A stretch of DNA of 59,638 nucleotides, counting the filler, from Sphacelaria rigidula (lineage: Eukaryota): NCBI GenBank assembly GCA_964200075.2. It is 9 parts of 9 records of this genome, joined end to end, with 100 filler letters (N's around TTAATTAATTAA, not from the genome) between each part and the next. Parts side by side here need not be neighbours in the genome. Positions count along the whole stretch, not along the records: positions 19,915 to 26,452 come from CAXNAA020019482.1; positions 26,553 to 33,090 come from CAXNAA020019483.1; positions 33,191 to 39,727 come from CAXNAA020019484.1; 6 more parts are not named here. One strand, given 5' to 3'. The notes beneath the pieces were generated by a model. It was given only the letters and a program-made list of their open reading frames with translations, made no database searches and had not been told where the DNA came from. The position numbers and the translations under genes are program-made. Shown piece by piece: positions 25,101 through 36,780 of this stretch. Each line of letters starts with the position of its first letter. Position 1 is the stretch's first letter.

Positions 25101-25483
25101 GTTCCACTCGACAGCCAGGTAGGCCAATGTATTGAGCTGAATTCAGGAGAAAAGCGGCTACTCGTTCAAGATAGCGTGGCGGAAAAAACTGACAAACGCG
25201 CGCACATTCCTGTCCTGACTTGTTCTGTATGCCCACCTGTGTCATTCCCCTCCTCCTGGGCCTTTTTCTTGCCCTTCTGACGAGCGTACCATGTATCCGA
25301 CGTCTTTTTTTTTTTTTTACTTTGTTCTTTCGAGCGACCATTACACACACCCCGCCCCCACATGCGTCGACTCCTCCGTCTGCCTGCTCCCACTCGCTGT
25401 GCTTTATCGTTCCCAGGCGTGAGCAGAGAAGCTTTCGCGGTGTTCATGCAGCCCGAATGGGGGGAGAGCATGGACGTTCCAAG
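22175..25483 (+). CDS. 2-oxoglutarate/Fe(II)-dependent dioxygenase (IPNS-like fold), partial; exons 22175-22315, 22850-23239, 23821-24038, 24416-24504, 24977-25118, 25417-25483
   Basis: Exon phases are mutually compatible. The spliced product has ERAFGREGLGIVVVTGVP, FGWSHGRE, KGSYYANP, PNIWP, KGRLLHYFP, WCGWHHDHSSLTGL (HxD), FQIGET, LQATPHAV (distal His) and SREAFAVFMQP (2OG-binding Arg). First and last exons were not found. Confidence 0.92.
22665..22800 (+). repeat. Intronic mixed trinucleotide tract (ACC/ACT/ACA/ACG)n
   Basis: Directly visible, immediately upstream of the 22850 acceptor. Confidence 0.85.
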
Positions 25484-26452
25484 GCAAGTTTTTTTTTTCA
25501 ATTTTCTCGTTCAATGCGGTATTGTAGAACGCCAAATACGCGCGGTGGGCAGTATACAACAGCATACATGGTGAACGCTACGAGTAGTCCATCGTATTGC
25601 CGGGTGTCGAATAAGTATTCCTAGTCCATTGCCAGCTCGGACGCCCTACAGATTCTCGACGACGACGTCGACAATAATGACCAAATAATATGGCAGCGTG
25701 AGTTCTCGTATCGTTGTGGCTCCAAAACCAAACGGCCGCAATCAGACTCCACCACCAATGCGGATTCAGCACCATACCCCAGTCTATGTTCCTCATCGCC
25801 GCACTCTTTCGTGCTTTCTGGCTTTTGCGCTTTTTTCCACTTTTGTGCGCCGAAATCAGGCGGGTATGCGCTAGATCGGCACCGCTCAGCGATGGTTGAC
25901 ACAAGCCTTGTTTCCGCCGAATAAATACACCTGATCCTATTCCTAACATGTACCCAAGGCAGACCGAGAACCCTCGGGCAAGTAGGGTACATACGAAGCC
26001 CTACCCATATATGCCTTGAGTAGCGATTTGAGCCACAGTGTGTGCTGCGTACGATACGCGCACGCTGGGCGAGGGTTTAGGTCCATGAACCCACAAAAAT
26101 CTGAATATGATCGTCCACACTAACACCAATGATATATTTTCAACCATTACATGATGGCGCCGACCTGGAGTAAAATCTATCGGCCGAAACGACATTTTCA
26201 ACCCCCCCCCTGCAGCTCACCCTTCATGCGAATCGCCGAACACACCACAGCGCTTCGCGCTTGGTGGTTGATTGCGAGCATGGTCCGGCGAAAACCCGGC
26301 GTGCCTCGTCCCGACTTTGTAAGAATGCGCAGTCAACGGTCATATGACTATGGCGTGCACGATCATGCGTACCCTCCCCCCTGGGCTCCGTCTCGAAAGG
26401 GATGCGTGGTCAATGGTCAAACGACTAAGGCAAGCAACAAATGAGTACGCCC

Positions 26453-26552
26453 NNNNNNNNNNNNNNNNNNNNNNNNNNNNNNNNNNNNNNNNNNNNTTAA
26501 TTAATTAANNNNNNNNNNNNNNNNNNNNNNNNNNNNNNNNNNNNNNNNNNNN
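26453..26552. other. Artificial contig spacer
   Basis: N44-TTAATTAATTAA-N44. Confidence 0.99.
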
Positions 26553-26715
26553 CCCCCCCCTCATCTCTAGACTTCTGTACTGGCGTCGAGTGGCAACGAC
26601 GCTGTAAATTAAACCACCAGACCCAAGACCCTGGACACAACATATGCAACCTGCCACCGTACATGTGCCAGAGACCGGCACTAGACAAAAAAACAACTCC
26701 CTGGACCAGCAGACA

Positions 26716-27165
26716 CACAGAACGGATATGGACATGAAATTCAGAAGCTCGCCATATTTTTCTTTTCATTCACCAAAACACAAACCGGATATAGACATGA
26801 CATACAGAAGCTCACCATATTTTTCTTTGCATGACGTGGACATAGACCGGATATAGACATGGAGTGCAGAAGCCAACCATCTTTTTTCTTTGCATTACCA
26901 GAATACAGACGGGGTACATAGACATGAATCGACGAAGCCAACCATCGTTTTCTCTGCATTACCAAAGCACAGACCGGACATGTTGTAGGCATGAACTGGC
27001 GTAGCTAACCATCGTTTTTCTTTGCATGACCCAGAATACAGACCGGCTGTTGACATGAAGTGATGAAGCCAACCATTTTATTTTTGCATCACTCAAAACA
27101 CAAATCAGATATAGACATGAAATGACGAAGTTAACCACCTTTTCTTTCTCCATACCATAAAAATT
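26716..27165. repeat. Minisatellite, about seven diverged copies of a 62-69-bp unit
   Basis: Recurring (C/T)ACAGACCGGATATAGACATGA..GAAGC(C/T)AACCAT..TTTTCTTTGCAT. Confidence 0.85.
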
Positions 27166-27559
27166 ACAGTTGAGATTATCTCTCCCATATCGCAACAAAG
27201 GTAATAACATGAAAGACCAAAACCTGAATGTGAAGGTTGACCACCTTACATGCTAAACCGAAGGCACAGAAAATATGAAACACGCATCGACAGAGTAAGG
27301 CACCCCCGACATGTTAAATTCACATGAAGGTTGGGTCTCGTGGTGAGATATCCGGGAAACTGTATCGATTTCCGTTGGGCGGTGGAAGTCTGGTCAGATA
27401 TCATCCTAAAATATTCAAAACTAGGAGCACATACGTGGAATGAAGGGAAGGGGTGAGTGACGTGTGAAAAAACGCAAAGGCCTACTGCAATCATGAAACA
27501 AACACCTTGCCAATGGCTCACCACATGAAAAAATGGAAGGGTAGATGAAGGAATAAGGA

Positions 27560-29060
27560 TTGGACCGGTAAAATACTAGTAGTACTAGTGTTTAGAGTCC
27601 CTCGCGATATGTCGAGAATATAGTGGAAGAGGAAATGCGATGAAGTAGGACTGTACTGTTTGGCAATAAGAGAAGTGGAAAGGGAGGGAAAACACTTCCG
27701 AGTCAAGCTAAACAAGAAATGGGAAAGGATAGAGACACGAAAGGTGTCGGCACGGGTCAGAAGGGTAGGATGGAGAATACGTATAGCCAACGGAACAATA
27801 GACCCAAACGTAGAGCTCGGGTAAGCGGAGGTAAGGGGAAGCAGGAACAAGTAAATGCCCTGAAGGGAAAGGTGGGGGATATAGCGGCCCAAAGCAAACA
27901 AACAAGAAACACACCGGCAACGGAAAGGAGAATTGAGCAAGAGAAAATTGAAGTGGAGATGACGGGGAGAGAAATATAGACAAAAAGGGAGTGTGGATAG
28001 TCATTCGAAAAAAGCTGAGAATAGGATCGGAGAACGTGTGCGGATTCGCTACGACAGATCGCGGAAGACTAGAGATAGCCGAACAAGTAAGTGGGCGCGA
28101 TCTAGATATAGTGGACACGATGAGGGGGAAAAATGATGTAAGGTTAGAGTTTACGCACGGGTAGGGAAGTAGAGGAGGGGACAGAAAAGGTAGCATAGGG
28201 GCGCGGGGGAGTAGGATTTCTAGTCAAGGAAGACCCGTGTAACATAGTAGAAGCGATCAAAGACACAAGTTCGACGATATGGATAAGGGTACCAGGAGGG
28301 CGGGGAACGAAATAGTTTTTCTTAGAGAACATCGACATGCCCCCAGGGTCGAAGAGAACGATAAAAATGATACAGAGAGAGTTCGTAGAGGTAGCAGCCG
28401 ATGTACACAAGTGTAAAAATCTAGGAGAAGTGATGTTAGCGAGAGTTTTCGATTCAAGGATTGAAAATAGCGAGCAAGCCGAGTAATAATCTCAGACACG
28501 TATGAGAAAACGAAGAAGAGTACGAGTGGGGTAGAGATGTTGAAGATCCGAGAGAGTGACGAGATGGACACGTTGGACAACAGAGTAAAACATCGAGATC
28601 CGCAACGGACTAGACAGTACATACAAAAGGAAGAAAGCTCCATTCTTGACTATATAGTGGAGGATATTGAAGTAGTAAGGTAAAGGGGAAACATGTATGC
28701 GTAGTAGATCACCGCCTGATATGAACAGACAGTCAACATACAGAAGTTTATTAAAAATGGGCGGGGTAGGAAGCTGTACAAATGGAGAGCAGATGAACTA
28801 GAAAAAAAATCAGATGGAGGTCCAAGAAGAGATCACAAAAAAAGTCGTGATTTTTTTCCGAGTCGTTGGAAGGCGTAGGCATCGGGCAGGAGCAAAGATA
28901 ATGAAATGATGGAAGTAATTGGTCAAGACCACTGCAAGCGAAGTCATGGGGGAAAAAACTGATCGTATGCGACAGAGCAGCGAATTGATGGGATGATGAA
29001 GTAGAAGAGGAGGGAAAGAGGCCAACGCAATATATACATCAAGTAAAAGTACGGTAGGGT
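27560..29060 (+). mobile_element. Decayed LINE: AP-endonuclease domain of ORF2 plus upstream remnant
   Basis: From about 28012 the translation gives KLRIGSENVCG...DLDIV, GAGGVGFLVKE, FFLENIDMPP, GEVMLARVFDSRI (a degenerate GDFN motif) and SSILDYIV, with stops and frameshifts. Strongly purine-rich sense strand. Outer limits are approximate. Confidence 0.8.
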
Positions 29061-29068
29061 AGAGAGGG

Positions 29069-30500
29069 TGTTGTTGTTGTTGTCTTCACATTGAAAACCG
29101 TTCCGATATCTGCGCGGTACATTCGTACTGGGCATCTGATGCGGACGCGTTCCGTGGTCACAGGCTAGCTACCTGTAGTGAGGTATGAGGAAATTAAAAA
29201 GAACAAAAAAATCAAAAATAGACCCAGAAAAACAACTCTCAAACGCGATACAAGCAAAACGGGAATAAATAATAAGAAGAAAGAGAAAAATATGGCTAAC
29301 CTCGAAAGATCCGGTGCCACAGGTTGTCATTCGGACTTCACGGGGTGGCGCCCGACTTTCCAACTCGACGCGCGAGGCCAAGTAGAAATGAACATAGGGC
29401 CCGACTACGGGCGAAACTCAAGGCCCAAAGACCACCAACCAAAGAACTAAGAATCACAAGGTTCTACCCTTCGGCCTCTCGAGGGACAGCCATACGTACA
29501 AGCATACCAGGCATATTAAGACAAGCACCGCATGACATAACGACACCCCTCATCGGGGGGGTTCACCCCCCATCCCCCTTCTCTGGACCGTCGTTATTGC
29601 TGTGTTGGCTTCGTTTGTATCCCGTCCAATCGCACGCAGTCGGCTGGCCTTCTCTTCCTCATTTCTGTGCCATGAGGTCATGGACCTCTCCGCTCCCTCC
29701 AGCACTACGGCGTGCCACGACAGCCCCCCCCTCCTCAGTTGCTGGTGAGGGCCAGAGGACGCGGTCAATTCCAAATTTCCGGCGGTTGTCGTCCGTACAT
29801 CCGTCTGTGGCTCCGAAAGCGTGGCAATCGTCCCTCAGGCACTTCAGCCAGTTTTGTTCCGGGCACCCTGGTCCTGGATCCTCCCCCCCGACTAGTGTTC
29901 CGAATGCTATTCGCTTCGGTAGTCGTCCGTCCGGTTGTCTAGCCAGGGCTCCTGCGAACAGCAGTCGTCGTTGCCGGACGATGGCTTCGGCACTTTGGTA
30001 TCCGGTCTTCTTGAGGGCCTGTGCATACAAAAGCTGTCAGTATGTGCTGCGCACTCGGCGGTACCCGATGACTCGCAGGAGGAGCCGGTAATGCACCTTT
30101 CTCAGCAAGTCGTAGTGTTCGCGGCGCGGGGCCCACGTCATGCATCCGTACAGTAGGGCCTCCATCGCCTCCGCCTTCAGCAGTCGGACCTTGAGTCTCG
30201 ACGGTGCTTTCGGTCGGTCGAAGAGCTCCCGAGAGAAACTTCCTGATGCACGCCCACGCTGCTCTGCTCCGATTGTTGATTTCTTGCTTGAGTTCGCCCT
30301 CTTCGTTGATGAGCCCGCCCACGTATTAGAAACTACTTTTCTGGGCGTACATCTGGCTCGCTGCTCCGATAATCAGCGGTGGGGAAGATGGTGTTGGTGA
30401 TTCCCCCTTGTTTGGTGCTTGCCTCGGTACTCGCATCAAGAGAGTCTCCGTCCTCTTCTCCGATACGGTCAGTTCAAAGGCCCCAAACACGTTCGTGTGA
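29069..30500 (-). mobile_element. 5'-truncated RTE-clade LINE (C-terminal part of RT, 3' UTR, (CAA)n tail)
   Basis: Minus-strand peptides FELTVSEKRTETL, GGLINEEGELKQEINNR, LKVRLLKAEAMEALLYGCMTW and IVRQRRLLFAGALARQPDGRLPKRIAFGTL. The 3' end reads AATGTGAAGACAACAACAACAAC. Confidence 0.88.
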
Positions 30501-30715
30501 CGGAAATATATGTATACATACATATGTATATGGTCCGAACAGGACCCAGGTAGTCTCTACTTTTCTTTTTTTTTCAAAAGTATCTCGTCAAACAGAGCAA
30601 AAATGGCTGGCGTTCTTGTTTTGCCGATGTTTTCGTTGTCGCCGGTGTCAGACCGTTTTTACAGTTCTTGTTTTTTTTCTGGCTGGATTTTCCGGATTTG
30701 GGATATTTGATCCGG

Positions 30716-31150
30716 TTTTCGATCCCCAAACAGGGAATATCGCCATCACATGTCTGGGACACTTTGCATCACCCCACCGGGAGGAGTCTAGCCCATTTTT
30801 TTCCCTTCATTTTTCCGATTTGCTTGGCTAAAAGGTTTCGAGAGTAACCTTTGAGCGAAAATCTAACGGGACATCAAAGACTGTGAGCACCAACGTGTGA
30901 AAATCTAACGGGACATCAAAGACTGTGAGCACCAACGTGTGTAGAAAATCGAAAGATCGATACAGGTTCCTGCAGACACCACATTTTTTCATGTCCAGTT
31001 GGCCTTTCGTTCAGAGGTCATACTCGAAACCTCGGAGCCAAGCGAATCGGAGAAGTGAAAAAAAAAAAAGTGGGCTAGATTCCTCTCGGTTGGGCAATAC
31101 AAAGTGTCCAAGGCATGTGATAAGCGATATTCCCTGTTTGGGGGCCAAAA
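30716..31150. mobile_element. Fold-back element with imperfect arms of about 145 bp and an internal 42-bp tandem duplication
   Basis: CCCCAAACAGGGAATATCGC..CTAGCCCA pairs with TGGGCTAG..GCGATATTCCCTGTTTGGGG. GAAAATCTAACGGGACATCAAAGACTGTGAGCACCAACGTGT occurs twice at 30858-30941. Confidence 0.8.
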
Positions 31151-32250
31151 TCTGAGTAAAATGTCCCGACACTGAAACACAGCCAACAACAACAAAAAAG
31201 GAAGAAAGGGTGCCAAAGCCATAATAAAATAGAGCGATTTTTCTCTTACATATACATTTATCTTCTGTTTTCAGGTTGGGGCTTCAAAAACCACCAGAGC
31301 ATCTACTGCATCTATAATTGTACAATGTGCATACAGAGTATGGAGCCTTGCCGGATCATTGTGGGGTGGGCGTCCACCACTCAACCACCTTCCATAAACA
31401 GCTCATACGCACGCAAGTTCCAGAGAAGAACTGGCTTGACTGACCCGTTGATACAGCACAAACTCATCCCGAGGAGAGGAGAGAAGAAGCGTCAAGACAT
31501 CGACGAAACACTAGACAAAATCGGTTCGGTGGGCTAAACTCTACCCCGTTCGCCTCCGGACAACGCGACCCTCGAGGTGAAACGCAGCAAGAGGGGAGTT
31601 GAGGTGACGACAGTGAAGAAAGTTTGAGGTTGGACGGAGCAGGATGTGGCTTGAAAGTGACGGTAGTAAAGAAAAGCAAAAAGTGGCTCGAGGGGGGAGG
31701 GCAAACTCTGCACCGCTCGCTTTCGGTGAACACAGTCACCCCCTCTGGTTGTGTGGAGGCGTGATTTGCAAAACGACAAAAAAATGGAATAAGAAACAGC
31801 TCCGTCGCCGAAAGCTTGCACTACTTGCTTCGGCACAATACATACAGTAGACAAATTCACCCTCTCACCAGCGGCAGACGTAGAGGGTCTCATTCTCATG
31901 CCACCCACGGACCCCACGCTGAACATCCTGTGCAAATGTTGGGGGTCCTTATCCTTGGTCGACGACGTCGCGGGGTGCACGTTGTCTTTGCTGGGCGACA
32001 TGCATGCCTCCAGCGAATAAGGTGCCACAATCTCTGCCGTGTAAGACGCGAAAACGAGTGAAAACAAAACAATCAAGAAAAAATAAGTTAGTTGTCACCA
32101 GTTCAAAACCCTGTCGACCCCGCCGGAGCTTTCAGAGTCACCAAGCATGGGCCTTGATCTCTTAACCCTAAAGCTGATTTTTTTATTATATTATCCAACA
32201 GTTATAATGATAGTATTTTATTTATTTATTTATAGTATTATTATAATCAT

Positions 32251-32252
<2 letters not shown>

Positions 32253-32305
<53 letters not shown>

Positions 32306-32420
32306 ATTTCCGCACGATAGCTCGATCTCTCGAAGCCGTGGTCACAGACGTAGACCCACCTTTCCAGTACCGTCACTACCATTGCTTCAATGAGATAGCA
32401 GCACTCTTCGAGCGGCATTT
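32253..32420 (-). mobile_element. (CAA)n-tailed 3' end of a LINE or SINE
   Basis: About 17 TTG units at 32253-32305. The adjacent CCGTGGTCACAG (32336-32347) is identical to a word near the RTE 3' end (29152-29163). Confidence 0.55.
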
Positions 32421-32537
32421 TATGTTTACCTTGGGTGCGTTATATCGTTACATCTTGTACACAACTGGGATCAATGAATGTGCGACAACATCCAATTAAT
32501 CAACCAACCAAACAATTCATCAGTCAATGTCAGGATA

Positions 32538-32705
32538 CAGTGGGGGGCTCTCAGTAGTGCCGGTTGAGTAGTGCCAACGACCTATATAATGCCGGTAAAA
32601 TCTCCGGGCACAGCCAGAGCTCGCAGTAGTGCCGCCCGGCACTTCTGACAGATGAACCTCAGTAGTGCCGGTTTGAACGGTTTTGCACCCTCAACAGTGC
32701 CGGTT
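32538..32705. mobile_element. Probable Tc1/mariner-type terminus with subterminal AGTAGTGCCG repeats
   Basis: TA followed by CAGTGG, then several AGTAGTGCC(GG) motifs; the other end is not in the contig. Confidence 0.45.
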
Positions 32706-33090
32706 CCGGACACACTCACGCATGCCTTACCCCCCACCAACCAAGCACCACTGGGGGTACAGCAGGGTACGTGCTGGTGCAGACCTTGCAACGCCTGGTG
32801 CAAGCCACGACGCCAGAAGGCCGTCATGGCCACGGTAGCCGGTAGGGAGTGAAAAGGGGTGTGGTTCATTCTTTCTCGCTCACTCCTTTCGGTGGGCGGC
32901 GTACTCTTTCGTGAGTTTTTTTCCACACCAGATACCGCACCTTCAAAGTTGCAGTGTTACGCCGGGGGATTTTTTTTTTATGGTATTTTCAACGCCTCCG
33001 CGAAAAACGGTTAAAAGCGTTGGATGATGGCAAATATCCTGATTTCCCAAGCACGTTCCGCACCTGCTGTGCATTCAAGAGCGGCCCAGA

Positions 33091-33190
33091 NNNNNNNNNN
33101 NNNNNNNNNNNNNNNNNNNNNNNNNNNNNNNNNNTTAATTAATTAANNNNNNNNNNNNNNNNNNNNNNNNNNNNNNNNNNNNNNNNNNNN
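33091..33190. other. Artificial contig spacer
   Basis: N44-TTAATTAATTAA-N44. Confidence 0.99.
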
Positions 33191-33279
33191 TTGGTTATTG
33201 CCGTCGTTCGGGGGGTCGGGGCGGTGAGGGGGGTTTGGGCGGGGGTAGGTTCGTGAACGGTCTACACGCTTTGTAACAG

Positions 33280-35870
33280 GCGGGTGTTCCGAAAGAGCGA
33301 GTTCTGATCAAAACACCAGCCACGTGGGCGGGGATCCGGGCGACGCAAATACTGGAGGCGGAAGGCATCAAGTGTCTTGTAACGCTTGTCTGCTCTGAGC
33401 TGCAGGGGCGTGCGGCTGCGGAAGCGGAGGCTTCCGTCATAGCCACGTGTGAGACTTGTTTTCATGCATTTTCTTCTTTTTTGTGAGCTGTCTTCGATCT
33501 TCCTTCCCTGTCCTTCCCTTTCCATCCTTTTCTCGAGTCTCTTTCGACGAGTGTTTCTGTTCTCTTTATCTTGACTACGTCTATCTCGCGGTCACGAATA
33601 CAATTTGCGCGGATCGCTTTATGCGCATCAATTACCCAACCAATCACTATAGCAAGGTGCGCCCGAAAGGAATACAGAACGGCGCCTCGGAACCCGAGGA
33701 GGCACCGTCCACTCTCCTAGGGCAGCCTGGACCTTTGGGTGTTTGGGTGGCACGTAATGGATGGCACATTGACCCTGTGCGAAGCAATTCCGTCTAGGTC
33801 ATGTGTGAACTCAAGTTGCACGGTCCCTTGAGGCACGCTGAACGCAGGGTGTGGTTTGCAAGAGATACTGTTCACGACCGGGACATTGGGGTCACGGTGA
33901 GCGCACCTGTTTTGAGATGTACACACGCCTTTGCCTGAGTTTGAGTCGCCGCAGTCTTGTTTGTACGTCTAGGCATTTTGCGATATCTCTGTTTTTGAAA
34001 GAATATCGTTCTTGGCATTGGCCATTAAAAAAGCACAAACTACCAATGTTGGACGAGGCTTGACTTTCGATGAGCAAGCCCTAGGCCTAGAATTGCCGAT
34101 GAAGCAACAGGAATAGTCTTGGGAGTACTGTTCTACTTACTCTGACGCAGCTTGCAGGGAGTCACCTGCACGGAGTACAACACCAGTAGCAGTTTCACCA
34201 TTCACCTGAAGTCCGCACTGTGCATAAGGGCGCAGTTTGCTCGCTCTACACACCAGCGCTATATGCAAACTTGTGTGTAATAAAAGGAGCTCCACACTAT
34301 CATCGTTTACCTTGTGAGCAGATGTGGGGCGCGTATCCGATTGGCACAAACAGAGAGCATGGGATGTGCCCTTTCCTGCCTCCGCAAGCGAAGATCCTGG
34401 CGTAGTCATGACCAATCGGTTACAGCATTTTGTCCGGGATCAGGGCTTGAGAACGGAGGTTATGGCGGCGAGTTTCCGCAGCGTGGATCAAGTAGCTGCG
34501 TTAGCCGGTTGCGACCACCTTACCATAGGTGAGGTGTGCGTTCTAATCGACACTTTGAGCCCTCGCCGTAGAGCAAGCACGACTGATGTCGCGCGAGGAT
34601 GGTATCCATTTGTGCCGCGAGTGGTTTCTCCGTTCGTGATCGACTCTGCTTCGGTTGATCATTGTGCAGAATCCCTTGTTCGGCACGAAAAGCACCCGAT
34701 AGTTCGTCACGAGGAATGCACCCCGTCCTCTTCTTCTAGTCTTGTGGTCGTTTCCCACGTGGATGAAAACGCTCAAGCTGTCGACAAGGAGCATGCGTGT
34801 ATCGTATTTCCCTGTCTATACATACAGTGTGTATGTATGTGTGTAGTTGCCTTACTTATCCTTCCCAAAAAGAAATCGAATGGACACTGCCGTCTTTGAT
34901 GCTGTAGGATTGACGCCACCGTGCGACGTCTAAAAGCTACAAAGAGGCGAAAGGTATCGTTCAGGGCGTTGATGGCCTAAGGGCCCGGTCTAATCACTCT
35001 GCTTGTTTCCTGTGCACGTTGTTGCCGCGGCGCCCCGGTGGTCACATTAGTGCAACTAAAACCAGCTTGGTTGAAAAAATGCGGGTTGGAATCCCGCGAG
35101 ATGCGGTCGAGTTTGTCTCTTCGAGGTATCTGATTTAACCCCAGTTGAAAACGTGGGGGCGTGAGAAGCAAATAACGTTCATTTTACGATAGTCGACGCA
35201 GTGCGGCAGTGTTGGTCATGATCCAATTCGCAATGTACCAAAATGTAACGAGGCGTGTGCCGACGGAGTGATGCCTTACTTGAGACCACAGACTCGTCCC
35301 GAGAAGGGGGAGGGGTTCAAAGTGTGGCGAAAACGAGAACGCGCGTGCCCCGACCTACTATACCGTGGATTCGGCGTTCGACAAGAGTACAGTAGGAATT
35401 CTGAGTGCTTTTTGAGAACGTGATATATGGGACCGCACTGCTATCCAGCAGCACTGCCTTGTTTACCGTGGCAGGCGCATGCAATTCTTCGATAACCACG
35501 TGCGGCTCGTGACACGAGCAAATCTGCTGCACAGCGCGTCGCAATTGCAACCTGACTGCCTGCAAAACTAATGTCCAACAGATAATGTTAGCCGTGGAAC
35601 GCGCCTTGTCCCTCTCCTACCGTGACAGCGCCGGCACTCATCGACGAATTGGCTGCAACTGCACCCATGGAAACGTTGGCCGATGTGCCGCACCCGGGGG
35701 CAATTTCAAGAGAAGCTCATCGATTTCCCGCGCAGTTGGATGAGAAATCGTTCTTGGAGTTTCTTGAAGCAGACTTGTGTGGAACGGACGTGCTGTGCGC
35801 AAGCATGGGGGATTTCGGAAGGGATACGGAGGCGTTGGAGAGTTGCATTTCTCAAGCTCTACAGTTGTAA
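33280..35870 (+). CDS. Transaldolase-family protein (TalB-type scaffold with FSA-like active-site residues), last three exons: 33280-33448, 34322-34528, 35629-35870
   Basis: Spliced translation [66 protein letters not shown]...EDPGV...[32 protein letters not shown]...* matches transaldolase motifs RILIK, TWxGIRA, VGRIxDW, EDPGV, MGASFR and LAGCDxLTIAP. Both introns are GT-AG with compatible phases. The 5' exons lie outside the contig. Confidence 0.93.
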
Positions 35871-36780
35871 CGGGTCTCCACTGACTGCCGAGCGAGCAGA
35901 CGCTCTCGACGGGTTTACACAAACCTCGTGACAAGATTCTATGGTTGAACAGACTTTGTTTTTATTAATAGACAGAATAGTGCATATACCTTAACCCTGT
36001 GGTTTTGGGGACAAAGTAGGGGTGCGCACTTTTCGATCCATCAAACCCAGACCTACCCCAACCCCAACACTACGCAAACCGAGTACCCTCTTCCGCAAGG
36101 TGGATGGGATACATGTAGCGCCCTAGGTCAAGTATTATCCCTTCTGGCTCAAATCGGCGCCTCATGCGCGCGCCAATTTGAGCCAAAACACGCGCCGCGC
36201 ACACTGGGCGAGGCTTTAAACCTGTAAGCCCCTCTAAAAATCCGAATGTGGTGTCCACACTGAAAACCAAGTTTTCTTAACCATAAATCTTTGTCGCCGA
36301 GTTCGCGTAACCTCTACAGCTCTCGCGACAGAGTGCGATGTGTGATGACATGGTTAGCGGGATTGGAGAGACGTCATGAAACTTTGTCTCCAGCAGTGTC
36401 GTCGAAGAGAAGACACGCAAGAACACCGCTAACTTAGCGAAATGTGATTTTGCGCTGTACGAACCAAGACCGTCGCGTTTTTTGTACTTGCCCCAGCTTC
36501 AATTTTGCATTTTGCGTTCATTCATGTAGCGGTGCTACACCCCCACGTTGTCAAAGTCGTTGAGGGCGCTCAAATACTGGTATGTGAGCGTTGAGTCAAA
36601 GCTTCTGCGCGGAAGTCTCGCTCGTCCACTCGTGCACTTACTTGACAGAGGGGGAAGGAAGCCTCTTGACACGTGCTGATTTAGCATTGAACTTGTGTTT
36701 TGGTAAAAAGAACAAAAGAGAAGAACGTATTCCGTTCGCGGTGGAACAAGCAAATGTGGCAGTTCAAAATTTCGAAGCAG

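Noticed and set aside
31276..32061. Possible decayed coding region
   Set aside because: Multiple stops in the best frame and no recognisable motif; cannot be supported.
18131..35870. Metabolic gene cluster of subtilase, dioxygenase and transaldolase-like genes
   Set aside because: The genes are on different contigs separated by artificial spacers.
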